DNA of 64,000 nt from Candidatus Moraniibacteriota bacterium (lineage in GTDB: Bacteria; Patescibacteriota; Minisyncoccia; Moranbacterales; UBA1568), in NCBI GenBank assembly GCA_016699425.1, contig CP064975.1, positions 2,979 through 66,978 of the forward strand, written 5' to 3'. The notes under the pieces were generated by a model. The model did no database searches. It was not told the origin of the DNA and saw nothing but the letters and a program-made list of their open reading frames with translations. Of the stretch, positions 1 through 10,816 are shown piece by piece (position 1 is the first letter of the stretch; the number at the start of each line of letters is the position of its first letter). Made by a program: the position numbers and the translations under genes.

Positions 1-150
1 AAAGTCAACCCCTACCACCAAAGCTTTTCAAGGATTGGCGATTCTGATATTGACCGGAAGCAAGGGCTTCCAAAGACTCGGCGGATAGGAGCTGGCGGCG
101 CTGTCTGTCTGCTGCCGGATGCTGCCCGAACTGGAGAGTGGATAAAAAAT

Positions 151-170
151 AGTGTACAATAGAATACACT
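151..170 (+). promoter_or_regulatory. Candidate extended -10 (TGTACAAT, 153-160) inside the palindrome AGTGTA-N8-TACACT; likely promoter/operator of the downstream cyclophilin gene
   Basis: TGnTACAAT is about 30 nt upstream of AAAGGAG (SD) and ATG at 188. The flanking 6-bp inverted repeat overlaps the hexamer. Confidence 0.35.
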
Positions 171-187
171 AAAGGAGACACATGCAT

Positions 188-957
188 ATGCAAAAACGGA
201 AACATCAACAACTGGCGATCTCGATCGCACTCCTCGGTGGAGCCATGCTCATCCTCGCGGGGTTGCTCTTGGGAGAGTGCCCCGGTTGCAAAGGACCCGA
301 AGCCGGCTGAGCTCCCGCTCGACAAACTGAAGCGGGCCGAGACCGACAAGACACTCGCCGAGGAAGCGAAAAAGAAAGAACAAGAAAAAGAAGTCGCTAA
401 ACCAGTAACCACCGCACCTGCTATGACAAGCAAACAATATCCGTCAGCGCCTGTGATGAGTATCGATCCAGCCAAGAAATATACAGCCGTACTCCCACAC
501 GGAGAAAGGCGACATCGAAATTGAGCTGGCCGCTGCCGCGACACCGATCACCGTGAACAATTTTGTTTTCCTCGCCCGCGAGAAGTTTTATGACGGTGTC
601 GTCTTCCATCGGACGATTCCCGGGTTCATGATCCAAGGAGGTGATCCGACGGGGACAGGGGCGGTGGCCCAGGTTATCGCTTCGATGACGAATCATTTTC
701 TGGGGAGTACAAGCGCGGGACAGTCGCGATGGCCAATGCTGGACCGGATACGAATGGAAGCCAGTTCTTCATCATGCATGCTGACTATGCCTTGCCACCA
801 AACTATGTTATTTTCGGCCAGGTCATGAAAGGCCTCGAGGTAGTGGACACGATTGTATCTGCGCCGACTCAGACTGGAGGTGAAGGATCGAAGCCGGTGA
901 CTCCGGTGAAGATCCCGCCATCCGGCATACTGTGTCTGGGGAATATGGTGCGGGTTG
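188..957 (+). CDS. Secreted/lipoprotein cyclophilin-type peptidyl-prolyl cis-trans isomerase, read across at least 3 frameshifts
   Basis: Signal peptide [29 protein letters not shown] in frame 2. The cyclophilin core [55 protein letters not shown] ... [32 protein letters not shown] is split over frames 3, 1 and 3. A terminator follows at 996-1017. Confidence 0.65.
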
Positions 958-995
958 ACCGAGGCCCTTTCGGGCTATACTGTGATTGCTCAAAT

Positions 996-1017
996 AAAAG
1001 GCGGAAACGCCTTTTTC
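996..1017 (+). terminator. Rho-independent terminator (AAAGGCG-GAAA-CGCCTTT + T-run)
   Basis: Perfect 7-bp stem followed by TTTTT, sitting between the cyclophilin and typA. Confidence 0.6.
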
Positions 1018-1044
1018 GATACATAACGTCTGGGATACACATAT

Positions 1045-2832
1045 ATGGAGACACGCAACGTCGCAATTATCGCGCACGTCGACCACGGCAAGACAACTCT
1101 GACTGACGCTCTCATGCGCCAGACGGGAGTCGCGATGGCCGTCGGTGCCTCGATGGATTCGAATGCGCTCGAACAGGAACGCGGCATCACTATCTACGCC
1201 AAGAACTGTTCATTGTTCTATAAGAACACCAAGATCAATATCGTCGATACGCCTGGTCACGCGGATTTCGGTTCGGAAGTAGAGCGCGTGCTTCGCTCCA
1301 TCGATGATGTCATCCTCGTCGTCGATGCTCAGGAGGGTCCGATGCCGCAGACCCGCTTTGTCTTGAAGAAATCACTCGAGCTGGGTCTCCGACCGATCGT
1401 CGTCATCAACAAGATCGATAAACCAGCCGCTCGTCCAGACGAGGTGAAGGAGATGGTCTATGAACTCTTCCTCGACCTCGGAGCGGACGATCATCAGCTT
1501 GATTTCCCGGTGGTCTATGCCATCGCCCGCGAAGCGGTTGCTATGAAGGAGCTGGCTGATCCGCGCACCGATCTCTCGCCGCTCCTCGATACCATCCTCG
1601 AGCGTGTTCTTCCTGCTAGCCACGATGTCGATAAGCCGCTCCGTGCTCAGCCGTTCAATCTCGGCTATGACAATTTCGTCGGTCGCCTGGCCATCGCTCG
1701 CGTCTATGATGGTCGTCTCGCAGTGAACGATTCGGTCATGCTCCGGAACGTCAATGGCAAACAGTCGTCCGGTCGCATTGTGAAACTCTTCACTTTTCGT
1801 GGAATGGAGCGCGTCGAGAGTCAGTCTGTCGAAGCGGGGGATATCGTCATGATTGCCGGATTGCCGGATGTCGAGATCGGCGACACGATCACGACCGATG
1901 CGAACGCCGAGCTTCTTCCAGCCATCGCGATCGATGAGCCAACCATTTCGCTTGACTTCATGGTAAATGACTCTCCTTTTGCTGGCCGCGAAGGAAAATT
2001 TGTTACGAATAAGCAGATTCGCGAACGTCTCGAAAAAGAGCTCGAGATCAATGTCGGTCTCCGGATCGAATTCGCTGATGACCACTACAAAGTCTACGGT
2101 CGCGGTGAGCTCCACATCTCTATTTTGCTCGAAAACATGCGCCGTGAGGGCTACGAAGTCCAGGTGTCACAGCCACAGGTCATCATCAGGATGTCGACGG
2201 CGTGAAGTCAGAACCGTTTGAGGAAGTGACCGTCGAGTGCCCGATGGAAGTGACTGGCCCTGTCATTGAAAAGATGGGCAAGCGCAAGGGTATCATGATG
2301 GATATGCGTGAAGGCTCGGGTGGGTACCAGCGACTGCTCTTCGAAATCCCAACGCGTGGCCTCCTCGGCTATCGTGGTGAGTTCATGGTGGATACACGCG
2401 GTGAGGGGACACTGTATACTCGTGTTCTCGGCTTTCGGCAGTACGCGGGCACGATTGATCACCGCGATGTCGGCGCCATGATTTCGATGGAGACGGGCAA
2501 GGCAGCTGCGTTCTCGCTCGACAATCTCCAGACGCGTGGTACGCTCTATATCGGCCATGCGGCTGAAGTATACGAGGGATGGTCATCGGCAACGCCACCA
2601 AGGGCGAAGATATGTCGGTGAATCCGACCAAAGGTAAAGCGATGAGCAATATGCGCTCATCGGGGCCGATGAAGCGATCAAGCTGACCCCGCCGTGGGAG
2701 CTGAATATCGAACGCGGCCTGGAAGTTATGAACGCGGACGAGTACCTTGAGATCACTCCGCTCTCGGTTCGGCTCCGCAAGCAATTTCTGAAAGAGACTG
2801 ACAGAATACGGGCGACTCGAAGTAAAAAATAA
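1045..2832 (+). CDS. typA: Translational GTPase TypA/BipA, with 3 single-nt frameshifts near 2200, 2585 and 2672
   Basis: AIIAHVDHGKTTL G1 motif and an EF-G-like domain order. The C-terminal part continues in shifted frames ([44 protein letters not shown]...LEITPLSVRLRKQFL). Each shift is a missing base in a G run. Confidence 0.85.
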
Positions 2833-2840
2833 GATAGGTG

Positions 2841-2868
2841 AAAGCCCCGAGAGCCGGGGCTTTTTTCT
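2841..2868. terminator. Bidirectional rho-independent terminator (GCCCCG-AGAGC-CGGGGC flanked by A and T runs)
   Basis: Hairpin with TTTTTT on plus and an A-run giving T-run on minus. It sits between the convergent typA and GT39 gene. Confidence 0.7.
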
Positions 2869-2896
2869 ATGTATTGAATGGAAAGAGGATGAAGAT

Positions 2897-4738
2897 CTAT
2901 TTCTCAACTCGGAAGACTTTCACATAGTTGCCCGGACGGTCATCGAGCTCGAGCGACCAGACGGGTGGGATAGCGGTTTGGCGGTAGTAGCGATGGGCGG
3001 TAAGTCCAGAGAGGCGTTCCCAGCGGTCGAAGCGTGACATATAGCGAGCCTCGCCGCGCCGAGTGAGGACATAGTAGTCGGGCTTAATCTGGGTGCCATC
3101 AAAGGTATAGGCGGTGAGGCAGCGCCCTACAAAGAATTCGCAGACACCGTAGTAGTCGCTCCAGACGGTGAGTGCGGAAGCGTTCGGGAGCGTGTTTAGG
3201 TATTGGGCGGCTTCATAACCACCATAGCCCCAGGCATCAGCGATGAGAGCGTTTTTCGGCAGGAGGGTATTGGCGTAGTTTGCATAGAACGGGTAGATGG
3301 CACAGAGCGAAACGGCCGAAGCGATGATCACACTGATCGCGACGATGTTGCGGAAGTAAGACCATTTCCTCTCGCCCCAGAGAGCGAATTCACGCAATCC
3401 GAAGGCGCCGAGGACAGCGAGAAGTGGGAAGAGGATAATGGCGTAGCGCGCGGTGGCGAGGATATTGGAGTGGATCAGGATGAACGTGAAACCGAGCATG
3501 AAGAGTGACAGTGTGAGAATAATAGATCCGTCAGTGATTGCTCGACGCCGGAGTGCGATAATCCCAAGTCCGAAGAGGCTCAGGAGAAGCACTGGCGGGA
3601 GCGAGAAGACAATGGCATTCCATTCGAGGAAGAAGGCTTCGAGAAAGTTCGGTACACTCGCATGGTAACGGGCGTCGGTCAGGTCTTTGATGTCGAAGGG
3701 GATCGCATAGATGTTCCAGCCGGGGAAGGCATACCGGCTGATGATGACAGCAGTGAAGAGGAAGAGGAAGAAGATCGGTACGAGTTTGACGCTTGGCGCA
3801 GCCTTTCGGAGAAGGTAGCGGAGCTTCAGAAGGCACCGGGACTTGAGGAGGAAGAGATCAATGAGAAAGAGCAGCACGACCGGAGCGAAGGAATAAAGAA
3901 GGACTTCTTTGTCAGGGACGGTCGCGAGATACTCGGCCAGATATTTTCGGTCAAGGAAGAAGGCGGGGACGGCAGCGAGGACAAGGACGACGGAGGCTGC
4001 AGCGATCATGACGAGACGGTAGAAACCGGTCGAGAGTTGCGTGCGGAGCGAATCAAGAGTCTCCTCTTCCGAAGCAGCGATGAAGTGGATGATGTACGCT
4101 AAGCCGAAAGCTGGGAATAGGATAAGCGCAGTGTATTTCGAAAGGAGTGCCAGCGTGGTGAACAGGAGAGTCGCGAAGAGGTCGCGCCGAGTGTCGAATC
4201 TGAGCAGCGCGAAATAGGAAAGAAAAGCGGCGGTCGAAGTTGACCAGAGAAGGGCATCGGGGTTTACGATTTGTGTCATGCCAAGAAGCACTGGCGAGAG
4301 CGCGGTGAGGCCCGAAGCGAAGAGTGCGGTCCACGGATCGAAGAGCCGGGCGAGGAGGAAAAAGATGTAGATGAGAATGAGGCCGTTCGCGAGGAGGAGC
4401 GGTAACCGGAAGGCGAGGAGGAGCGGCGCAGTTTCATCGACCTGGCACTGGTACAGCCGATTGTCTTGCTCCACGCAGTGTGTGGCCGTGTCAGGGAGGG
4501 CGAGGAGGGCTGGGCCAGTGATGAGGGCGAGCGAGACTCCGGGTTTGTCATTGATGAAGGTTTTTCGAAGCTCCCAGTCACCCCAGGCATTCCAATATTT
4601 CGGTACCCGCTCGTAAAGCCAGTAGTGTTCGTCCGCGGTCAGAAACTGAGTCAGGTGGAGCGAGCTGAAGAGCGCATAGAGCCCCATGACCAGGACGAAA
4701 AGCGGCTTGGGTTGGAGGAGGTTGGTGAGGAAGGACAT
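2897..4738 (-). CDS. Polytopic membrane glycosyltransferase, GT39 / ArnT / PMT-like (dolichyl-phosphate-mannose protein mannosyltransferase-like)
   Basis: 613 aa with more than 10 predicted TM helices. The N-terminal region is typical of GT39/ArnT-type glycosyltransferases. Confidence 0.65.
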   Translation of the reverse strand: MSFLTNLLQPKPLFVLVMGLYALFSSLHLTQFLTADEHYWLYERVPKYWNAWGDWELRKTFINDKPGVSLALITGPALLALPDTATHCVEQDNRLYQCQVDETAPLLLAFRLPLLLANGLILIYIFFLLARLFDPWTALFASGLTALSPVLLGMTQIVNPDALLWSTSTAAFLSYFALLRFDTRRDLFATLLFTTLALLSKYTALILFPAFGLAYIIHFIAASEEETLDSLRTQLSTGFYRLVMIAAASVVLVLAAVPAFFLDRKYLAEYLATVPDKEVLLYSFAPVVLLFLIDLFLLKSRCLLKLRYLLRKAAPSVKLVPIFFLFLFTAVIISRYAFPGWNIYAIPFDIKDLTDARYHASVPNFLEAFFLEWNAIVFSLPPVLLLSLFGLGIIALRRRAITDGSIILTLSLFMLGFTFILIHSNILATARYAIILFPLLAVLGAFGLREFALWGERKWSYFRNIVAISVIIASAVSLCAIYPFYANYANTLLPKNALIADAWGYGGYEAAQYLNTLPNASALTVWSDYYGVCEFFVGRCLTAYTFDGTQIKPDYYVLTRRGEARYMSRFDRWERLSGLTAHRYYRQTAIPPVWSLELDDRPGNYVKVFRVEK

Positions 4739-4824
4739 AGGTTGGGATCGGATGACAGTTGTATATGTAGCATAGCATCCACTTTCGAGCGAGACTCCTC
4801 GGGAGTAGGGTACAATAGGGATAT

Positions 4825-5403
4825 ATGCTCATCGAATGGATCATTCAATTCGGACCGATTACAAGCTTCTTCCTTGTTTTTGAAGCATCAGGATGGAATT
4901 TTTTTGCGGCGACTGCGGTACTCATGGCGACGGTCGTCCTCGCGACTGCTGCGAGCTGGTATCGGTCGAAGCAGGTGGCTTGGTTTCCGCTTTGGAGTGC
5001 TGGCTTCAGCCTCGTCTTCGGCGGCGCGACACTCTATTATGTGGACCCGCAGTGGCTCATCCTGAAGGACACACTCTATGATGGCCTCTTCGGGCTGATG
5101 TTGCTGTTCGGGCTGGCGTTTCGGAAAAACTTGCTTCGGAAATTCTTCATGCCACTCTTTGCGATTACCGATCGCGGGTGGCATATCCTCGCCGTTCGCT
5201 GGGCACTCTTTTTCCTCGTCTCGTCGGCGCTCAATGAAGTGGTCCGGCATTGGGTGACACCGGAAGTCTGGGTGCACTACAAGATTGCCAACACACTCGC
5301 TCTTATCAGCTTCGGGCTGTATCAGTTGAGGCTCACGGGGCGAGAGCGACTCACCACGGAAGCGAATCGGTTCGGTATGCGGCTCACTCGGGAGAAACGC
5401 TGA
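4825..5403 (+). CDS. yciB: Inner-membrane septation protein A family (YciB/IspA-like)
   Basis: 192 aa with 5 TM segments. Overall pattern is similar to the YciB family. Confidence 0.5.
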   Translation: MLIEWIIQFGPITSFFLVFEASGWNFFAATAVLMATVVLATAASWYRSKQVAWFPLWSAGFSLVFGGATLYYVDPQWLILKDTLYDGLFGLMLLFGLAFRKNLLRKFFMPLFAITDRGWHILAVRWALFFLVSSALNEVVRHWVTPEVWVHYKIANTLALISFGLYQLRLTGRERLTTEANRFGMRLTREKR

Positions 5404-5438
5404 TCCCGGTGATGGGTGATGGTAGGGAAGGAATATCT

Positions 5439-5607
5439 CTTAGTAACTATCTCAAATCTCCGTATTCTACTGCAAAAATATGGTTTTGGTTGCAAAACGC
5501 TCAGGTCTCGTCACGTTACTCTCCGAGTAACCTTCCTCACCCTTTACATTTTTCGCTCAAAACCATACTTCTTCGTAACGAAAGAGAGATTTGAGATAGT
5601 TACTGAG
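5439..5607. repeat. Structured inverted-repeat element: 22-bp near-perfect terminal IR (CTTAGTAACTATCTCAAATCTC / GAGATTTGAGATAGTTACTGAG) around a ~125-bp core with nested hairpins
   Basis: IR arms lie at 5439-5460 and 5586-5607. Internal GTTACTC-TCC-GAGTAAC and ATGGTTTTG/CAAAACCAT pairings are present. It sits between convergent genes. Confidence 0.5.
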
Positions 5608-5680
5608 GCATGGATAGAAAAGAAGAAACCGCGGACCGAATCATCGGCACCGCGGTTTTCTGTAGGGGATTGAAATGGGG

Positions 5681-6157
5681 CTACCGCCTCGCTTTAGCTT
5701 CAAGTTCCGTGAAAGTTCTTGAGATTTCGGTGGCGTGGCCCCTGACGAGATTCAGGAGGTTTTTCAGGAGAAGGTCAGCGAGATCTCGCATGCCCCTGAC
5801 AAACATGCTCTCAGAAACACCATCAGGGATATGGACTTGCCCGCCGAAATTGGTTTCTTCAAGAATGCTTCCTCGGATGACCCCAGCCAAGTTCTCGGCC
5901 CGGTACTGGTGCGCCAGGTACTCGTGCACCGAATGGGGAATAATCAACGCGTCGGGGATGAAACAGATTTTTCCCCGTATGGGCTCCCTAATACCAACGA
6001 AGACGGCAAACGTACCAGTTGTGCTGCTGCCGATAGTGGTCGACAGGAATGGTGGACCGGCATCGCGGCAATTATTCAAACAGGCCGTGTATGTTTTGAG
6101 CGTGCTCATAACAAGCTCTTTGCATAGCTCGAGATCTTCCTGCGTGAGACGTTCCAC
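5681..6157 (-). CDS. Hypothetical protein (158 aa)
   Basis: Intact ORF with no recognisable motif. Confidence 0.35.
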   Translation of the reverse strand: MERLTQEDLELCKELVMSTLKTYTACLNNCRDAGPPFLSTTIGSSTTGTFAVFVGIREPIRGKICFIPDALIIPHSVHEYLAHQYRAENLAGVIRGSILEETNFGGQVHIPDGVSESMFVRGMRDLADLLLKNLLNLVRGHATEISRTFTELEAKARR

Positions 6158-6228
6158 GTGACTCTCCTTGTGTGGTGTATGACGGGTGGGTGGACAAGTT
6201 GGGAAAGGACGGTAGAAGAGCGAGTGTA

Positions 6229-9200
6229 CTATGCCACGTTTGGTTTGTCAACGGTTGGCGGCTTTTCTCTCACATCAAACCACATCTCGTAGATGACCGG
6301 GATGAAGAAGAGCTTGGCGACACCGGAGAAACAGAGTCCAGCGATGATGGCACCGCCGAGTCCCTGCCAGATCGGGTCGGAGAGAGTGATCGGGATGAGG
6401 CCGACGATGGTCGTGAGCGCAGTGAGGAGGATCGGTTCGAGCCGGCTCGTGGCGCCCTCGACGACCGCTTCACGGACGGGGAGTCCGAGGTCGAGGTTCT
6501 TGTTGATCTTGTCGACCATGATGATAGAGTTGTTCACCACGATGCCGAAGAGTGCCAGGACGCCGATCAAGGCTGGGAAGGAAAGCGGGATCCCGAAGAG
6601 CGCAAAGATGACAAAGACACCGGAAACGGCGATTGGGATCACGAGAAGGACGATCAAAGCTTTCCGGAAGGAATTGAACTGAATCACCATAGTGCCGAAG
6701 ATAAGGACGGCCGAGAGGATCATCGCGTAGAGGATGGACTGGACGGACTTGTTGTTCTCTTCATTCACGCCCCCAGTTTTCCAGCTGTAATCGGCCGGGA
6801 GACCCAGCTCGGTATCGGCGAAGGTTTCAAGTCCTTTGTTGAGTTCAGTGACCGAATAGCCTTCGGCAACCGCGGCAGAGATAGAGATCGTTCTCTTTTC
6901 ATCCTCGCGGGTGATGAGAGTTGGATTTTTCTCAATGCTGACGGTGCCGAGTGAAAGGAGTGGTATCTGCTTTCCGGCAGGAGTCATCACGGACAGTCGT
7001 CCGAGGTCTTCGGGTGAGCTGAAATCCTCGCCGGTAAAGCGGATCACGATATCGCGCTTTTCGCCGTTGAAACGCACATCTTCCTTTACCGTATAGCCAC
7101 TCCCAAGAGTACGGATGAAGAGGGCGGTGTCAGCGGGACTGAGTCCGCTCGCTGCAAGCGCAGCTTCGTTCGGTGTGAAAGTGAGTTTCTTTCCGGCACT
7201 TGAAAGCGAGATAGAGACATTGCTCGTTCCTGGAACGCTCTGGAGATAGGTTTTCGTCTTTTCCGCGAGGTGTTGAAGGGTATCAAGGTCTTTGCCGAGC
7301 AGCTTGAGCTGGAGATCGGCACCTGCCGGCGGTCCACCAGAAAGCTGGGAAGCTGTCACAGTGCCGCCGTTCCAATCGGCGAATTCCCAGTCGAGCTCCT
7401 TTACGATTTCACCCGAGGATTTCAACCGTTCCTTGGCCTTGATGAGGTGAACCGTAAAGAGGATATGGTTGAAGTCTTTGCCGGTTGTACTCGTATTGCT
7501 GTCAGTCGGGGCGCCGGCACCGATTTCCGCAAGGACAAAATCAAGCTCGGCGAGCGAACGGAAGCGAGGAAGGAGTTCGTCGACGACTGCCCTCGCGCGG
7601 TCCTGGTTGGAACCGATAGGGAGTTCGGTACTGACGTAGACGGTATCGATATCGTCTTCCGGGAAAAATTCGTTCACGACGAAGCCGAGAGGTAGAAGGG
7701 CGTAGGAGGAAAGCATGAAGACGACGAGGAGAATGATGGTGAGTCGTCGCGCTCGCTTCGAAGAGAGAATGCGCTCGATCAGTGCCGAGTACCAGGTACT
7801 CAAGCGATCGAACGAGAGGAAACCGTGATCTTTGAAGCCGTCCCAGACTTTACCGGCTTGGGTCTGATGCCAGGCGGTGACGGACAAGAAGAAGGAATGT
7901 GCGAGACGGAATACGAGGAAGAGCATGACCACCCCGAGGAGGTAGAAAGCCCACTTGAACGGACCTCCGGGCATGAGGAAGTACAGCAGGGCGGCGACCA
8001 GAATGTAGGCAATCGTCTGGAGCAGGAGAACGACGCGACGGGGGAAGTTTCCTTCGAGAAACACTGCCATATACGGGATGACGAGGAGAAGCGCGGTTGC
8101 AGCCGAGAGGGCGAGTGCCGAGGAAACGACAATTGGAATCGGCCGGATGAATTCGCCGATGATGCCTGTTGCAAGGAGGAGCGGCACGAATGCCCAGACT
8201 GTCGTGATGGTCGTGGTTATGATGACACCACTGAAGTCGCGGTAAACCAGAAGCGCTGTTTCAATCGGGGTGAACTTGCCCGATCGGTGATAGCTCGCCA
8301 AGGCCGAGATGACGACGATCGCATTATCAACGATGATGCCGAGTGCGATGAGGAGAGAGAAGAGGGTAATGAAGTTAATGGAGATTCCCGCGGCCCCCAT
8401 TACGAGGAAAGTGACGAGGAAGGTGAAGGGAATGGCGAAGGCCGTGACAAGTGACTGGCGGATGCCGAAAAAGAGGAGGAGGACGACGAAGACGAGGCCA
8501 AAGGTTACGAGGAAGTCATGCTGCAATTGGCTGAAACTCCGATCGATTTCTTCCGCTCCATTGAAATAGTAGGCGGTTTCAAACGGAACTGACGAGGTTG
8601 AACGATAACTTTCGATCGCTCCTCGGACGCTATCGACGGTCTCGCGGGTATCGGAGCTTTCGGTCTGATAGACGGAAACGAAGATGGCGCGCGAACCGCT
8701 GACGGTGTGGCTCGCCATTGAGGCAGCGAGACTGCCGGGCTTCTCCGTCTCCTTGATGTTCGCTACCGATCCAAGCGGAACGATCTTACCATCGAGAGAG
8801 AGGGGAATATCGCGTAAATCTTGAACGGTTTCGGCTGATTTTGCCTGATCGAGAGAGAGGGCGGTGGCGCTTGAAGCGATAGTACCACCAGGAAAACTGT
8901 TGAGTGTGCTCGCGACCCGCTGGCCGATGCCGGCAATGTTGAGTCCGTACCCCTTAATGATCTCCGGTGAGAGCAAGATCGAGACTTCGGGATCGCGACG
9001 ATAGGAAAGACTTGCTTTTTCAACGGCGGGAAGTCGTTTGATCTCCTCGAGGAGGATGTCGGCAATTTCTGGGAGGGCACTTTCGTTACCGGGTGCCGAG
9101 AGTGCGAAGAGCATTACAGGCTGATTTGTAAAGTCTATCACCTCGACGGATGGATTCTGGGCGGCGTCGGGGAGCGTACTTACCTTGTCGATGGCATTCT

Positions 9201-9579
9201 GGACATCGGTCTTCGCTTTGTCCGGATCCATCGATGAAGCAAATTCGACGACAATCGTCGAGACGCTCTCCTGGGAATTCGAAGTGACCCGAGTCACATC
9301 AGAAAGACCGCTGACGGCATCTTCGAGCGGGACAGTGACCAGGTCTTCGATATCCTCGGGACCGGCGCCAGGGAAGGCTGTAGCGACGATCACGGTTGGA
9401 ATCTGAATATCCGGATTGAGCTCCTTCTTCAGAGTGGAATAGGTTGCGACACCAGCAAAGACGAGCGTCACGGTAATGAGCGTGATGGTCCGAATGCTCG
9501 CAAAATATCGCCCGATGAGGCTCGTTCGAAGCGATTCGTCGAAGTGAAGACGATCAAAGAAACCTTTGGTGTAGGACAT
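6229..9579 (-). CDS. RND efflux transporter permease (AcrB/HAE1-like, 12 TM helices, two large periplasmic loops)
   Basis: 1116 aa with typical RND topology and conserved TM4 region. It is operonic with the upstream membrane-fusion protein. Confidence 0.9.
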   Translation of the reverse strand: MSYTKGFFDRLHFDESLRTSLIGRYFASIRTITLITVTLVFAGVATYSTLKKELNPDIQIPTVIVATAFPGAGPEDIEDLVTVPLEDAVSGLSDVTRVTSNSQESVSTIVVEFASSMDPDKAKTDVQNAIDKVSTLPDAAQNPSVEVIDFTNQPVMLFALSAPGNESALPEIADILLEEIKRLPAVEKASLSYRRDPEVSILLSPEIIKGYGLNIAGIGQRVASTLNSFPGGTIASSATALSLDQAKSAETVQDLRDIPLSLDGKIVPLGSVANIKETEKPGSLAASMASHTVSGSRAIFVSVYQTESSDTRETVDSVRGAIESYRSTSSVPFETAYYFNGAEEIDRSFSQLQHDFLVTFGLVFVVLLLFFGIRQSLVTAFAIPFTFLVTFLVMGAAGISINFITLFSLLIALGIIVDNAIVVISALASYHRSGKFTPIETALLVYRDFSGVIITTTITTVWAFVPLLLATGIIGEFIRPIPIVVSSALALSAATALLLVIPYMAVFLEGNFPRRVVLLLQTIAYILVAALLYFLMPGGPFKWAFYLLGVVMLFLVFRLAHSFFLSVTAWHQTQAGKVWDGFKDHGFLSFDRLSTWYSALIERILSSKRARRLTIILLVVFMLSSYALLPLGFVVNEFFPEDDIDTVYVSTELPIGSNQDRARAVVDELLPRFRSLAELDFVLAEIGAGAPTDSNTSTTGKDFNHILFTVHLIKAKERLKSSGEIVKELDWEFADWNGGTVTASQLSGGPPAGADLQLKLLGKDLDTLQHLAEKTKTYLQSVPGTSNVSISLSSAGKKLTFTPNEAALAASGLSPADTALFIRTLGSGYTVKEDVRFNGEKRDIVIRFTGEDFSSPEDLGRLSVMTPAGKQIPLLSLGTVSIEKNPTLITREDEKRTISISAAVAEGYSVTELNKGLETFADTELGLPADYSWKTGGVNEENNKSVQSILYAMILSAVLIFGTMVIQFNSFRKALIVLLVIPIAVSGVFVIFALFGIPLSFPALIGVLALFGIVVNNSIIMVDKINKNLDLGLPVREAVVEGATSRLEPILLTALTTIVGLIPITLSDPIWQGLGGAIIAGLCFSGVAKLFFIPVIYEMWFDVREKPPTVDKPNVA

Positions 9580-9585
9580 AGTCGG

Positions 9586-10719
9586 TTAGCGAATGGGTTC
9601 AATAGTTTCGTCCGGCAGCACGGATGTTTCAAGCACAAGAGCGTTGCTTTTTTCGAGCCCACTTTTTACCACAACGGAAGCACCAATCGTTTCACCGAGC
9701 GTGACGTTTATCTCAGTGGTTTGATGGTTAGCATTCATGGTGACAACAGAGTTTCCGCTTGCGGCTGAACGGATAGCATCAATTGGAATGAGAAAGCCGC
9801 GCTCGGTTTCAGAGCGGAGTGGGAGCTCGAGCGTGACATAGCTGTTTTGAGCCACCGTATTGGCGACCGACGCGGGGAGTGGATAGGTGGCAACGACGAG
9901 ACCGTCGGCATTTTCGCTCCGACTAATATAACCTTGGGAAAGCGCGATCGAACCATCGACCGTTTGAATCAGGGCAATACCCGTATCAACGAGCGCATCG
10001 GCAGTCGCTTTGGGGAGCGTCGCTTCAATGGTCGTTGCCTGGGCCTGGCTGCGGATAGTCATCAGGACCGTTCCGGCCGAAACGAGTTCACCCGGACGGA
10101 CGGCGATGTATTCGACGGTACCTGAGATAAGGCTTTTCGGCTTGAGTGCAGCATCATTTCGTTCTGCGAGGGCGAGATCGAGTGCGGAGCTCGAGCGACT
10201 GAGTCGGAGACGTTCCAGTTCAAGCTTTAAGTTTTTCACACTTACTTTCTCTTCGCGGTCGGTCTTGGTATCGTCAGCGCGAGCGATGCGTCGTTCAAGC
10301 TCGATGATTTCCTTATCGAGGGCGAACGTCCGTTCGGTGAAGTCGGTTTGAAGACGCGCTTTCTCAACGGCAAGGGTCGCCGCACCGCTGTTCTAATCGC
10401 TGGTCAGCGTGGCGAGTGTTTGGCCAGGTGAAACGGTCTGCCCAGGACGAACGGCAATGGTTTTCACGACGCCCGGTGCGACAGCGACAATATCGGTAAT
10501 GCCAGATTTCTTAACCTGAGCTGAAACGGTCACTCGTCCCTGATCACTTCCAACGGTAAAGATCCGAGAAGTCTTGGTCATTTTTTCTGGGAGGGTCACT
10601 TCCGCTTTTGGGGCGCGAAGCCAGTGGGCGAAAGCAATCGTCGCAAACAGAATGACAACGACGGTCAAGAAACTGAGAATTGGCCGATTTTCGAGCCTGG
10701 TGAAAAGCGCTTTGAACAT
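9586..10719 (-). CDS. RND periplasmic adaptor / membrane-fusion protein (HlyD family), interrupted by an in-frame TAG at 10393-10395
   Basis: N-terminal TM anchor, coiled coil (KNLKLELERLRLS) and beta-barrel/MP domains. Both ORF halves share one reading frame, separated by a single amber codon. Confidence 0.75.
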
Positions 10720-10816
10720 AGAGTGGGTGAAAAAAAAGCGGATAAAGGTTTCGTTGGATAATAGCAGAAAAAAAGCCTTTAGTCAAGCCATTGTCATTCC
10801 GTGATACCATGGGAAT

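Noticed and set aside
5-544. 179-aa minus-strand ORF at the window start
   Set aside because: Antisense to the cyclophilin gene. No motif and low-complexity Ser/Ala-rich translation.
10393-10395. TAG considered as a reassigned sense codon genome-wide
   Set aside because: TAG terminates many well-defined genes here (e.g. 18923, 28491, 30542) with correctly spaced downstream starts.
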